From the NCBI RefSeq assembly GCF_002113885.1, contig NW_018407519.1, forward strand, positions 855,262-919,261: DNA of 64,000 nucleotides. Direction: 5' to 3'. This DNA is from Mizuhopecten yessoensis. Taxonomy: Eukaryota. The position numbers and the translations under genes were made by a program. The number at the start of each line of letters is the position of its first letter. Position 1 is the first letter of the stretch. Below, one piece after another: positions 1-11,837 of this stretch. Below the pieces are notes generated by a model. That model was not told where the DNA came from. It searched no databases and worked only from the letters and a program-made list of their open reading frames with translations.

Positions 1-925
1 GGATTAGACAGGTTAATCTGACTAATATACCATGTCCCACAGGGTGTTGGATTAGACAGGTTAATCTAACCAATATACCATGTCACACAGGGTGTTGGAT
101 TAGACAGGTTAATCTGACTAATATACCATGTCCCACAGAGTGTCGAATTAGACAGGTTACTAAGACCAATATACCATGTCCCACAGTGTGTCGAATTAGA
201 CAGGTTAATCTGACTAATATACCATGTCCCACAGGGTGTCCAATTAGACAGGTCAATCTGACCAATATACCATGTCACACAGAGTGTTGAATTAGACAGG
301 TTAATCTGACCAATATACCATGTCCCACAGGGTGTTGGATCAGACAGGTTAATCTGATCAATAAACCATGTCCCACAGAGTGTCAGATCAGACAGATTTA
401 TTTGACCAATATGCCATGTCCCACAGAGTGTCAGATCAGACAGATTTATCTGACCAATATACCATGTCCCACAGAGTTTCAGATCAGACAGATTTATCTG
501 ACCAATATACCATGTCCCACAGAGTGTCAGATCAGACAGATTTATCTGACCAATATGCCATGTCCCACAGGGTGGTGTCAGATCAGACAGGTTAATCTGA
601 TCAATAAACCATGTCCCACAGGATGTCAGATCAGACAGGTAAATCTGACCAATATACCATGTCCCACGGGGTGTCAGATTAGACAGGTCAATCTGACCAA
701 TATACCATGTCCCACAGGGTTTTGGATTAGACAGGTTAATCTGACCAATATACCATGTCTCACAGGGTGTTGGATTAGACAGGTCAATCTGACCAATATA
801 CCATGTCCCACAGGGTATCAGATTAGACCGGTTAATCTGATCAATATACCATGTCCCACAGAGTGTCAGATCAGACAGGTTAATCTGACCAATATACAAT
901 GTCCCACAGAGTGTTGGATTAGACA
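1..925. repeat. 48-bp tandem minisatellite (~19 copies, truncated by window start) in the last intron of the SGK gene
   Basis: Unit GGATTAGACAGGTTAATCTGACCAATATACCATGTCCCACAGGGTGTT repeated head-to-tail. The 16-aa periodicity of ORFs 66..926 and 402..947 matches 48 bp. Confidence 0.95.
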
Positions 926-1066
926 TGTCTCATTATACCCATCATAATATTATTCTAAGTCAAGAACATACAAAAAGATGTATACGGTATAAGCATGAAC
1001 TTGATTGAAGGACATTGTGACTTTCGGAACAACTTTGGTCTTAAACAATGTAAATTTCTGTTTCAG

Positions 1067-1182
1067 CATCTGTTGGGAAGTCCATGGGGACTAGTAAGCT
1101 GGTGAGTGCCAGTGTGATGGAGGCTGACAGTATGTTCCAGGGCTTTTCCTACGTCCCACCTGCTGAAGATGCCTTTTCATGA
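1067..1182 (+). CDS. SGK: Terminal coding exon of serum/glucocorticoid-regulated kinase (SGK family AGC kinase); upstream exons lie outside the window
   Basis: Acceptor tttctgtttcag|CA, then SVGKSMGTSKLVSASVMEADSMFQGFSYVPPAEDAFS*. Contains the AGC hydrophobic motif FxxFSY and closely resembles the recalled SGK1 tail (SIGKSPDSVLVTASVKEAAEAFLGFSYAPP). Confidence 0.9.
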
Positions 1183-1234
1183 CAAATACCTAAGGGATCA
1201 GGACTTTAGCCTGATAATGACTGTGATAGGACAT

Positions 1235-1596
1235 TGTGTAATCCCAAGTGTCAAGGACATTGTGAAGTGACAGACAGCGTGTGGCCCAATCTTTGAAGGA
1301 CAGTAAGTGACCCCAGGTGTCAAGGACTTTGTGTGATGATCCAAAGTTTCAAAGACATCTTGTGATGACCCCAGGTGTCAAGAAAATTGTGTGATGACCC
1401 GAGATGTCAAGGACATTGTGTTATGACCCCAAATGTCAAGGACATTGGGTCATACAGATGTCAAGGACATTGTGTGATGACCCCAGATGTCAAGGACATT
1501 GTGTTATAACCCCAAATGTCTAGGACATTGGGTCATACAGATGTCAAGGACATTGTGTGATGACCCCAAATGTCAAGGACATTGTGTGATGACCCA
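1235..1596. repeat. ~29-bp degenerate tandem repeat in the presumed SGK 3' UTR
   Basis: Recurrent TGTCAAGGACATTGTGTGATGACCCCAGA units. Confidence 0.85.
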
Positions 1597-2792
1597 TTTT
1601 AAGATCAAAAAGGGACAAAAAAATTGACAGGGCAAGGTCATTGCAGTGAAGATGTAGCTCTGGATGTTCTTAAATGCACAGACAGTTGTCCAGGTGGAAA
1701 GAGTGAGCAGCACTTCAGGGTCTTGTCTTAATGTGCCAATGTTTGAGTGTTGGATGTTTCAGGTGCTTAAATGGAACAAGTTTGTAATGTAATCTACATC
1801 AATGTATAGGTGTGTATTACAAATCTGAGTCAACCTGTGACCTCTGGAAATGGGACCATAACTATGCAAATGTAGACAGGTGTGTAGAATCTAGTGTGTT
1901 TTGCTAAAAGGTTAAGAATATACAGATATATTTATGTAGTCCAGTTAAGTCCTCCAGTCCTCCAGTGTGATTAATCTTCAGAATTGTGTTAGAATGGAAC
2001 TTCAATGCCAGTTTATATACAGTAGGTCTCCAGTTGATGGTTGTTAGCAAGTAATTTTTAAGTCATAAATTATTTAATATTGCATCATAAAAATATGTTC
2101 ATAATGTGATATTAACAGTAGACATTAATTGACTCTTTGACTGTGTTACAAACACTAACAGTGCTGTACAGGGATCGTATGTAAGACAGGGATGATGTCA
2201 TAAACAAATGGACATATAAATAAACTGACTGAAAATGGTGACATTAGACAAATGGACCAGATCAGGGCTCAAACCAGGACCTCCAAACACTAGATAGACT
2301 GTCAACAAACTAAGTTATCTTGCCATAAGTAGTCTAGAGGGACTGGATCAACTTTAGTACTACTCCCTCCTTGTCTAAATCTTTGCACCCGTCCTCCCTC
2401 ACAACCCAACCTCACACTACAGGTCAAAGTTCATATGTTTGAGTCTTGTTTTAGATGCCCAAAGCATTTCTGAACATTAATCCAGAGACATGTGTTTGTA
2501 TAACACACATTTTTGGGTGATTTGAGATTCAATTTCTATATCAAATGAAGTGATATTGAGCGCTGGTCGTACATATTAATCGATACTCAAACGGAAAACT
2601 CACTTTCAAGAATGTGAATACCAAAAATGTTTTTTTATCATGAATGTGTTAAAAGTACTGAGAATTGTGTAAAATAGTGACTGTAGCCAGTATGAACTGT
2701 AACCCTAGATCAATATTATTCAACATGGTGTCGGTTACCAAGTGTGATTGTTTTATCTTAGAAATATAAACCATATCAAGACATTTAAACCA

Positions 2793-3009
2793 TACTGTCA
2801 ATCAGGTTAATTTTGTGAGTTCTTTATTTTGCAAGCTGTATACCTGTATGTTTCATCAAACTTGGGGTCCCAATTGAGAGGACGCTATTTCACTGTTTAT
2901 AAAATTGCATAGGGAAGTAATATTCATGGTAGATTAAAAGTTCCTGAATGACTTTCCTGGTATCTTGACACAGAAATAAATTTCTCACAAAAATAAAAGG
3001 TTCACAGTA
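2793..3009. mobile_element. Degenerate Tc1/mariner-type MITE remnant
   Basis: TACTGT...ACAGTA ends with weak subterminal complementarity (ATTTTGTGAG / CTCACAAAAAT). Confidence 0.4.
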
Positions 3010-3909
3010 TATAGTTGCCTGTGATATTTTATTTGACCAATCATCATCAGTTATGTGTCTTTTAGCAATTATGTTTTTACCGTCTCAAGTAGAAAATGTC
3101 ATTAGGCCTAAGCTAAAATGTTGTGTGACTTGAACATAGAGACTTCATTCACATGACTAGAAAATGTTCAATATGTGTTAGATCATTGTAGGGTCAATCT
3201 AGTCAGGAATCAAACTCTATTATTGCTACATATCTAAAAGTAACTCATTTATCTTGAGTGAGAAATAGAAATTCAATGACTTTTCTATACTTTGTTTTTC
3301 ATCTTGGAGATAGTCAAGAAATATGAAAATGTTGATTTTGGAAATTGATTGCTGCGTGAAACCGAAGTTCAGTAAACTTTCAATGTTAAAACGTTTTTTT
3401 TACTTACTGTCTGCTAGCTGTATCATTATTTGACCGAAAGTGAAAATTAACGCAGTCAAATTAAGTCATTGATCAAACAAGTCATTTTGTTGTCTAGTCA
3501 TTGTGTTTGTTGTTATTTCAGAAATATAATCAAAATATTTATCTCCTATTTAACATTAAGTTTGTAGATAATCAAGATTTCTCAACAAAGCTTTTCCAGG
3601 ATTTTCTTTTACAAAGAAGATACATTTGTTATGGAAATGTTTGGTTTCATATTGGCTAGCTATACATTCACATGCATGGAATCATTAACAGCTGGTATAT
3701 GCTGACTTTATATATACCTGTATGTTTGTTTATTGTTGAAATTAGAATGTCTGGTTTTTTTTATATTTTGCAAAGTGTGAAGTATATATGTATTTATCAT
3801 AAAAAAAAAAGAAAATTAATTTTGTTCAAAAGGATAACTTGGAAACCTATGTCCTCATCGAAGTTTTCTACTGCTATATATATAGGTATTACAGAACAAG
3901 TTTTTGTTT

Positions 3910-3915
3910 AATAAA
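3910..3915 (+). terminator. Candidate polyadenylation signal of SGK
   Basis: AATAAA after a long U-rich UTR-like tract; other candidates exist upstream. Confidence 0.35.
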
Positions 3916-4853
3916 TATTACAAAATACATAATGTAATGTAAGCAGCATTGTATTATTGAGCTCAAAGAAATTTAATTTAAATATCTCTTACAAATTAGG
4001 GCATATGTATTGCTGTTTTGATTTAAAAAATTATTGATTTTGAATTTTTCAATCTGTTTGAAATAGTTTACTGTGACGATCAGTGTAAAATACATTATTT
4101 TGATGTGTATTTTATTGTACTCAAAATGACCAATCATATCTATTTCAATATCAATTATCTTATTGTGAAGATAATTGAAAGGTATGAGAGGATTCAGTTT
4201 CATGTGTGGTACTGAACATTTATTTAATGATCTACATAAGGTAAGGGTACAATGAAGTGTTCTATAGATTATGTATCAAACACAATGTTTGCAATGCATT
4301 TTACAGAAATATATATCAACCAAATCAAGGGAGGTAACTGTAAGCCATAGCAATACGTAAGTTAGAATACCTCCATTAAAAAATACGGCTTGGAATACTT
4401 CTTGGCAGTTACAACTGCTGGAGTGCTACTCTTAACCTTAAATTTTGAATTTTTTTTGCTATGCTTACTTACATATACATGTAAGTAGTATTTTACATAG
4501 ATTCCATATCATTGTTGATGGCTACCTACATAACAATGTTGACCAGTACTTTTATTATCGACACAACGAAGTGCTAATTTTAAGAGAGGTATACATTTAT
4601 AAACATTAATTGTCATGTTTTATTCAGAAGATGACCATTTTATTTTTAATGACATATTTGAAAAAAAATACCGTGTCATTTTGTGCAATAATACAGAAGT
4701 CAGTGATTTTTTTAATGACAAATCAAATAAAAAATCAATATATTTTGATGTTGTTGTTTTTTAACTGACATATCACAGTGGACTAAACCAGACACCAATG
4801 GGACCTCATTATTCGGCCACTAGACAAGAATGGGACACCGGTTTACAGCTTAT

Positions 4854-5301
4854 GCTTATGCTATGCCATGCCAGTATTGAGGTTTTATCGTAACATCACC
4901 AATTGAAATACCAAAGTGTTCTCCCTAGGCTGTTTTTGAAGCATGGCACCATACTCCTACAATTTACTGCTGTATAGAAGACAAGGGACCAGAAACATGG
5001 CCAATTTACAAAACAGACATAATCCAGATTTGATAGCAAGATGTCTTCATTACTGTAGTTTACAACCAGTTTTCTGGGGACCAAAAAAAATTGGTAGGCT
5101 TAGAAAAAGAAGCTACCTGGTAGTCCAAATGGCAAGTGAGCTTAAATGGACTCTTAGTTTTTAGCTCACCTGGTCCGAAGGACTGGTGTAGCTTATGCTA
5201 TGCCATGCCAGTATTGAGGTTTTATCGTAACATCACCAATTGAAATACCAAAGTGTTCTCCCCAGGCTGATTTTGAAGCATGGCACCATGCTCCTATAAT
5301 T
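4854..5301 (+). repeat. ~110-bp direct duplication (4854-4965 / 5191-5301); the second copy follows a HINE/pearl-type 5' end
   Basis: GCTTATGCTATGCCATGCCAGTATTGAGGTTTTATCGTAACATCACCAATTGAAATACCAAAGTG occurs twice. TTTTTAGCTCACCTGGTCCGAAGGA at 5158 matches the end of the element at ~13423-13447 (reverse strand). Confidence 0.75.
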
Positions 5302-7216
5302 TCTTGCCATGCTGCTATCCTAGATCTGCTCTGCGATATATTCATAGTAAATCTAAAGTTACCATGCTGCTTTGATTTTACATAAAGTGCTGCTTTAACA
5401 TAAATATTGAAATACCATGCTTCTTTCAAAACATTCTGGGGAGAACATTGCCAATATGATTTAATTCTGGGTTCAACTAAATATAATACATATATACAAA
5501 CAAAACAACAATGGATGTTTTTATTTGTTTTATTCTGAAAAGGTTAAACCCTCCACAGGAACAGAGATGGCTCTGATCTTACATCAGAAATACATTATTC
5601 TAGGTTACATTCCATCTCGGTGTTAACATTCTATAATTAACAGTGGCCATCACTACCCAACAAATGTACGGGGACATGAGGCAGGACAATGGTCATCTCA
5701 AATGACCTAAAACATCTTTAACAAGTGACAATCTACACCAACAGCATGATTGGAGATAATGCATTGATACAGTAACTAATTTATTTACAAAATGAACACC
5801 CTCTCCAAGTAGATGCTAATAAATGTTCTTTCTCTCATGATTATGAAAATAATATTATGGATAATGTACAAACTCTGCGGTCAAAGCCATCTGTTGAAAA
5901 GTATTGTAAGGTACTATCTTGTTTGATGGACAGATGGACGGACAAACAACTAAAGCAACATATTTGTCTCGGAAAGTTATAGCAATAGAGCAGAGAAAAA
6001 CTGCAAGTTCAACATATACAGTACCATCACACATGTATACCATATATTGTAAATATCTCCATTTAGATATGGACATGTGTAATAGTGCGACTCCATAAAA
6101 CAATCCAAGTGATTAATGGCATAATCTTCATGACAACATGTTGGCACACATTTTTTTCATTCAAGCAAACAAGTAAATATGTAGAGTTCAGGCACCACAC
6201 AAAAATAACTTGATATTGCTATGCATCGTATCAAACACATAAACCAGAAATTAGTCCAAGGACTGGGGAAATTGTTGTTTTTCAATATATAAAGCCCTCT
6301 CAAGAAATCTGCAAAAAGACTCTTTTTAATTTTTCTGTTTAACCTCATGTTCAAATGATCCTTCCTTTCATTTTTTTTAAGCTTGGGAATTAATTCTAAA
6401 CACACATATAATCTTTTATGACGCATGATTTTATAAATAAACATGTATTTATTCATATACAAATGCATTTCCCAATAATATTCATTCTTTCTACATGCAT
6501 ATGCTTCATCGAGTAATCCACATAATAAGTCACACATTTTCAAGGGTGAACACTGAAAGTCAATCACAATAGTAACTTAACCTCAGCAATTGTTCCCATC
6601 AAAATTTTTATCTATATAACAATTTATTGAAAGAATAAGTGTTGAAATATACTGTAAAAGACTGACTTCTGAGGGCAGAGACTAAGGTTTGCATGGAGTG
6701 TACTAACATCTTACAATAAATTTGCAGGGTAAAACATTATGGAGCATGGATGGGCATGAAGGGGAGGTAACTCAATAAATATTAAAATACTCTTTCTCAA
6801 CAACACTGCCAGATGCTTTCAACACTGACCATGTATCATCACTGCACCAACATATTACAACATATACAAGAAATCATGATTACTGATAGAATCTTTCTCT
6901 TCCTTGAAGATGTGACAGAGAAATTGCTGACTTGAAAAAGATGATTCTTTTTTGGTCGTCCATTCCAAGGCTTTACGGAGGGTAAAACAACCAAAACATC
7001 ACCTCCATGTTGGAGATTTCTCCATCACATCTTTAGGTAAGGGAGGATTGTTTTCCTCGAATCAGTCATTTACTAATTTGAAAGCAACCATTTTCAGTAG
7101 TTGTTATGTGTTCATCCAGATTACACATGACAACTGCTGTAGAGAACCGATTGCAGCGTCAGTGATTGTTCCTTTGACATCCTATTGTTTCTTTTCATGT
7201 TCTATCTGCCAAACCT

Positions 7217-7568
7217 AAGGTGAGAGATCATACCGTACAGACTGACAAAAGATACCCTCTAGGGTGAGAAATCATACTGTACAGACTGACAAAAGATACC
7301 CTAGGGTGAGAAATCATACCGTACAGACTGACAAAAGATACCCTAGAGTGAGAAATCATACCGTACAGACTGACAAAAGATACCCTAGTGTGAGAAATCA
7401 TACTGTACAGACTGACAAAAGATACCCTAGGGTGAGAAATCATACCGTACAGACTGACAAAAGATACCCTAGGGTGAGAAATCAAACTGTACAGACTGAC
7501 AAAAGATACCCCCTAGGGTGAGAAATCATACTGTACAGACTGACAAAAGATACCCTAGGGTGAGAAAT
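7217..7568. repeat. 42-bp tandem minisatellite (~8 copies)
   Basis: Unit CTAGGGTGAGAAATCATACCGTACAGACTGACAAAAGATACC; 14-aa periodic ORFs on both strands. Confidence 0.95.
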
Positions 7569-9840
7569 TCATGAACAGGTAAAAAAAAAGATAATTCTGT
7601 GAATGGTTGGAACAATTATGGTTATTGTTTCTGTTGGCTTAAATTGTTTTCATTCAGCTACACATTTTACATTCATTAGTCAATAATATAATTCTCCTCT
7701 GTACAAGCAGACTTCTAACTCTCATCAGCAATATGCCTTCTATACAGAGTAAATCAATTACATCACAACAAAACATCAGTACATGATCTCCATCCCCCAA
7801 TTCCATGCATCATTCTTAGCTTTACATCAAATGCCACCATAGCAATGTGTATCTACATGTGACACTTGATCTAAAATGCTTAAAAGATTTCTTCATTGAT
7901 GCTCAATATAATGTACATGTGAGTGTAATTCATTGCTTTCAAAATTTATCTGAAAATGTACACAAGATTACATGCATGACGAACATAGAAGTTTCCTCCC
8001 GAAGATAAAAACAATACCTTAGTAATCATCGTTTTACCTTCACACTGGTATAGAACAATGAACCTGGTCAAAATTTATTTAGCTTGATTTCTCAGGTTTA
8101 TGCATAAATAGATCAGGAAATGATGTACATTAATTTTTTCTGGACTAATGTTTTTTAACTATGGAATCAAAGTGTTCAGACCTACATTACAAAAGAAACC
8201 TGCTACTAACTGGCCATCCATGTTTTTAGTGATATTGGTACATGTGAAAGTAAACAGTGAAACATATCACTGGACTATATATACAGCTTGACATATATAT
8301 AAAGGACTGAATTAGTAGGTCTTCTGTGAAATTTTCTGGAAATTTCAAAACTCTCAAAACATATGAACTTATAAAATTTTATATTTCATATTTCCTTCCA
8401 AATGTGTTATTGTTTTTGCAATTCATCCACAGTTTAAAGTCAAGAGATGATATCCTAACACTAATTTATAATGTACATATTTAACTCTTCCAATTAATGT
8501 TTTGGGAAATATAGTCCTTTAAATCAATATGATTTTTGAGCTGAGTAAGTACATACAATCAGTAACCAATTTTTATGATTTATGGGCTGGGAATCTTTAC
8601 CTCTACACATAACAATTCCTCTATTTACCGACACGAAATCTCCTTTCTACTTAATACAACATGTATTCAGAAGTGCTTTTTAGCAGAAGTTATTTTTTTG
8701 AAAGAATTTCATGAATCTCCTATATACCAAACAAAAATAAATTCAAGATCACTTTTATTTCACTATCAAGACAATATGGCACAAAATATTCTATTTTTCA
8801 TGACTAAGATCATTGTTTTGATACATGTCTATAGCATCACTTCTATTTTCTTAATTTTAACATCACAATGAACTTTTTGAACAATCAGTTAAGTACATCA
8901 TATTACTCTATTAAATAATATTCATAACACCAAACAAACCAGAATACTGACCCAAGTTTCACAAATGTCTGAAACTTAAAAAAATCCGTAAGATTATAAG
9001 CAATACTTCCTAATCCCAAGACTAAAGTGATAAGAATTTGCCTGACGACTAAGTTAAGGAACATTTCTGAAAATATTATTTACAAATAAAAACAGAAATT
9101 GGAAAGTTAACAACCAATTAAAATAATGACTAAGGGGACAAAGTTTCACTGAATTCAATTGATGCAGCACTTATATAGAAGTAGCCAGGATATGTGTATT
9201 ATGTAGAGGGGCATAACTCTGCACACAAAAAGAATAATGGTCAAACAATAAAAGACTGCATGGTTAACAAACTGTTTTTCAAATGTTGATAAAACGAACA
9301 ACGGTTTACTGAAATCTATGCAGTATCTGAGGAGAAGTAGTCTCAGAATTGTGTTTAAATCTATATAATTACAAGCATATGGTAACACAGACAGACAGTC
9401 CGATTCCAACACAACATTTCCTTCCCATTGTTGTTGGAGGTGTAATAAATTGATTAATGATAAATCAGACTGCATTGTTCTATAAATGTGTATATGAGTG
9501 TAAAGGCTGTGTTTACCAGTGAAGGAGCCAGGCACAGTTTAAACATAATTTTCTGCATTTTACATGTGTACATTAACTGCTAAAACATTGTTATATTAAT
9601 CCCAATGTTGAGATTAAAGCTAAAATAATTAATTTTCATAAAATATATATAACTAATATATATAATCAATCTTAAACTGTAGTAGCTATAAATATTTCTG
9701 CACCAGTTTTATCAATGATATTAAAACCAAGTTCTAATGCACACATCATCTCCAATACATTAACATGGACAAGCCTAGTAACATGTAAAATGCAAGTGAC
9801 ACTGATAAACAAGTTGCTTACAAATTACCAAGTCAGTCAA

Positions 9841-11837
9841 TCATGAACCCTGTTGATAAACATTGTGATGAGAAACTGGCATCCTTTTTTGCATTTCAGT
9901 TGGATGTGCCACGAGGTTAGGGGTAGCACTAGTGGAATAGGGCATAGTTTGTATGGGTACCATGGTTGGTGTGTGTGTGGTCTCCATCTGTATAACCCCT
10001 CCCTGGGTGTTGGTCGGCAGGTTCTCTAGGAACCTCAGGGTCTCCATGTAGCCAAGAAGTGTGGAGAAGGTCTGTGCAGAGGGTGTCTGTCTTGCATCCG
10101 ATGTCTGTAGGACAGTGGGCCGAGTTCCTTGTTCGCGGACTGGCTGGTACTGGACCTGGTCTAGCACCCCATTGGTGCGTACCAGCTCCATGTTAGCATC
10201 TTTGTTGGCGATCATATGGTGCTGTTGGGGTTGTGCCAGGTACATAGTTGTACCCTGGTGTTGCATTGTTCGGTAGTCATTGCCCCCAATCACTCCTGCA
10301 TCCATTGTCTGGTTCACGTTGACATGTCGGATTCCTTGATTACCCACTTCCACAGTATATCTCTCAACCTGCATTTGATTGGCTGGTGCTATGTGCAAAG
10401 TCTGCTGCATCTGAGCTGGCTGTTGTTGCTGCTGTTGGGTCATTGTTGCCATAGTGATAACTGGTTGGGCATTAATATTTTCATACAGGTGTATGGGTAG
10501 AGGTACATCTCTGTTCTCTGTTGGTATTGCATGTATAGGGTATGGGTTATTAAGTGAAGGTTGTGAGGTGACAAGCACAGCTGGCTCCTCCCTCATAGTT
10601 GGCATGGCAACAGCTTGCTCTATCCTCTCGTAGTGTTTGACTTGTCGCTCCTTCTTCTCCCCCCGGGGGGCACGTGGCGGCTTGGCATTAGGGTTATCTC
10701 CAGAGTGAGATGACCGCAAGTGACGTGTGAGATGATCTTTACGACCAAACCGCTGTGGACAGTGTTGACACAAAAAATCTTTTTTCTTTGTATGTGTTAT
10801 CATATGTCTACGTACATCCTTTTTGGTGTAAAACTTTTTACAGCAGTCTATACACTCGTGTGTTTTTTCTAAGCAGTTTTTTACAGACCGTGCACCACTG
10901 TGCACTTTGAGATGATAGAGCAGTTCCTCGCGTGTTTCGTGTTCCTTGTGACAAATGCCACACTCGGTTGTCCTCCCAGACTCGGCATCATGGAAGGCTT
11001 TATGTGTCCTATAGGAGAAATTATACGAATATTCCTTACCACATTCCTCACAAACCCAGCGTTTCTTGTTTGGGTCATGCGTTATGAGATGGTTCTTTAG
11101 ATGGTCCTTGCGGTTAAAGGACTTGTCACAGTAAGGACACTTATGGTGACGTGGACAGGTGTGTATCAGACGATGCCGCTCAAGTTTGAACTTTGACATG
11201 AAACCCTTTTTACAGTCTTCATCCTCACAAATAAATGGCTTAATGCCTGTGTGTTCAGCAACATGTATCACATAAATTGCTTCCTTGGTGAATTTCTCGG
11301 CACAATAAGGGCATGTCATAGGTTCCCTTCTTGGACCCCTCGGAGATTTTGGCTTTGGAATTTTCAAAAGTTTTCGTTTACGACCCCTCCTTTTAGGTAT
11401 GATAGGCTCCTCATCATCATCATCGTCATCATCATCGTCGTCATCATCATCAACTCCAAGGATGTCATTTAGAAGTTGATCTGTGGTTGGTTCCTCTAGA
11501 TCCTCTGTTTCATTAAATTGGATAGGTTCTTCCAACTCAGGTGAGGCAGGCTTCTCAACAACCATCACTGCTGGCTTGATCTTCGGCGGCCGACCTCTCT
11601 TTCTTGGAACATTAGGTACCATCGGATCCTGAACTCTTGCTTTCGACAAACGAGCCTTGTCAAGTCGTGCTCTCCAAGTTTTGGACGGTTTAACATATTT
11701 TCTTGGTCTTCCTTTTCTTGGCCTTCCTCGCAGTCTTTTACCGCCAGGAGGCACCCCTGGGCACATGTGTGCTTCTAATTCAGCAAATGTGCTAAACCCT
11801 TCAAAGCACACTGAACACACCCATTTGGCTGGGAATT
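9841..11837 (-). CDS. PLAG1: PR-PLAG last exon: C2HC finger, AT-hooks, poly-Asp, seven PLAG C2H2 fingers, Q/M/T-rich putative activation domain
   Basis: ORF 9841..11859; true acceptor tttctttggcag|AA at 11838-11839; the finger array matches recalled PLAG1 fingers 1-7. Confidence 0.95.

Noticed and set aside
66-947. 286-aa Cys/Trp repeat ORF and overlapping ORFs, resembling a repeat protein or CRISPR-like array
   Set aside because: By-product of a 48-bp intronic minisatellite: open on both strands, no unique spacers, and eukaryotic context.
7228-7521. Periodic ORFs on both strands
   Set aside because: 42-bp tandem repeat artefact; the same applies to ORF 31880..32122.
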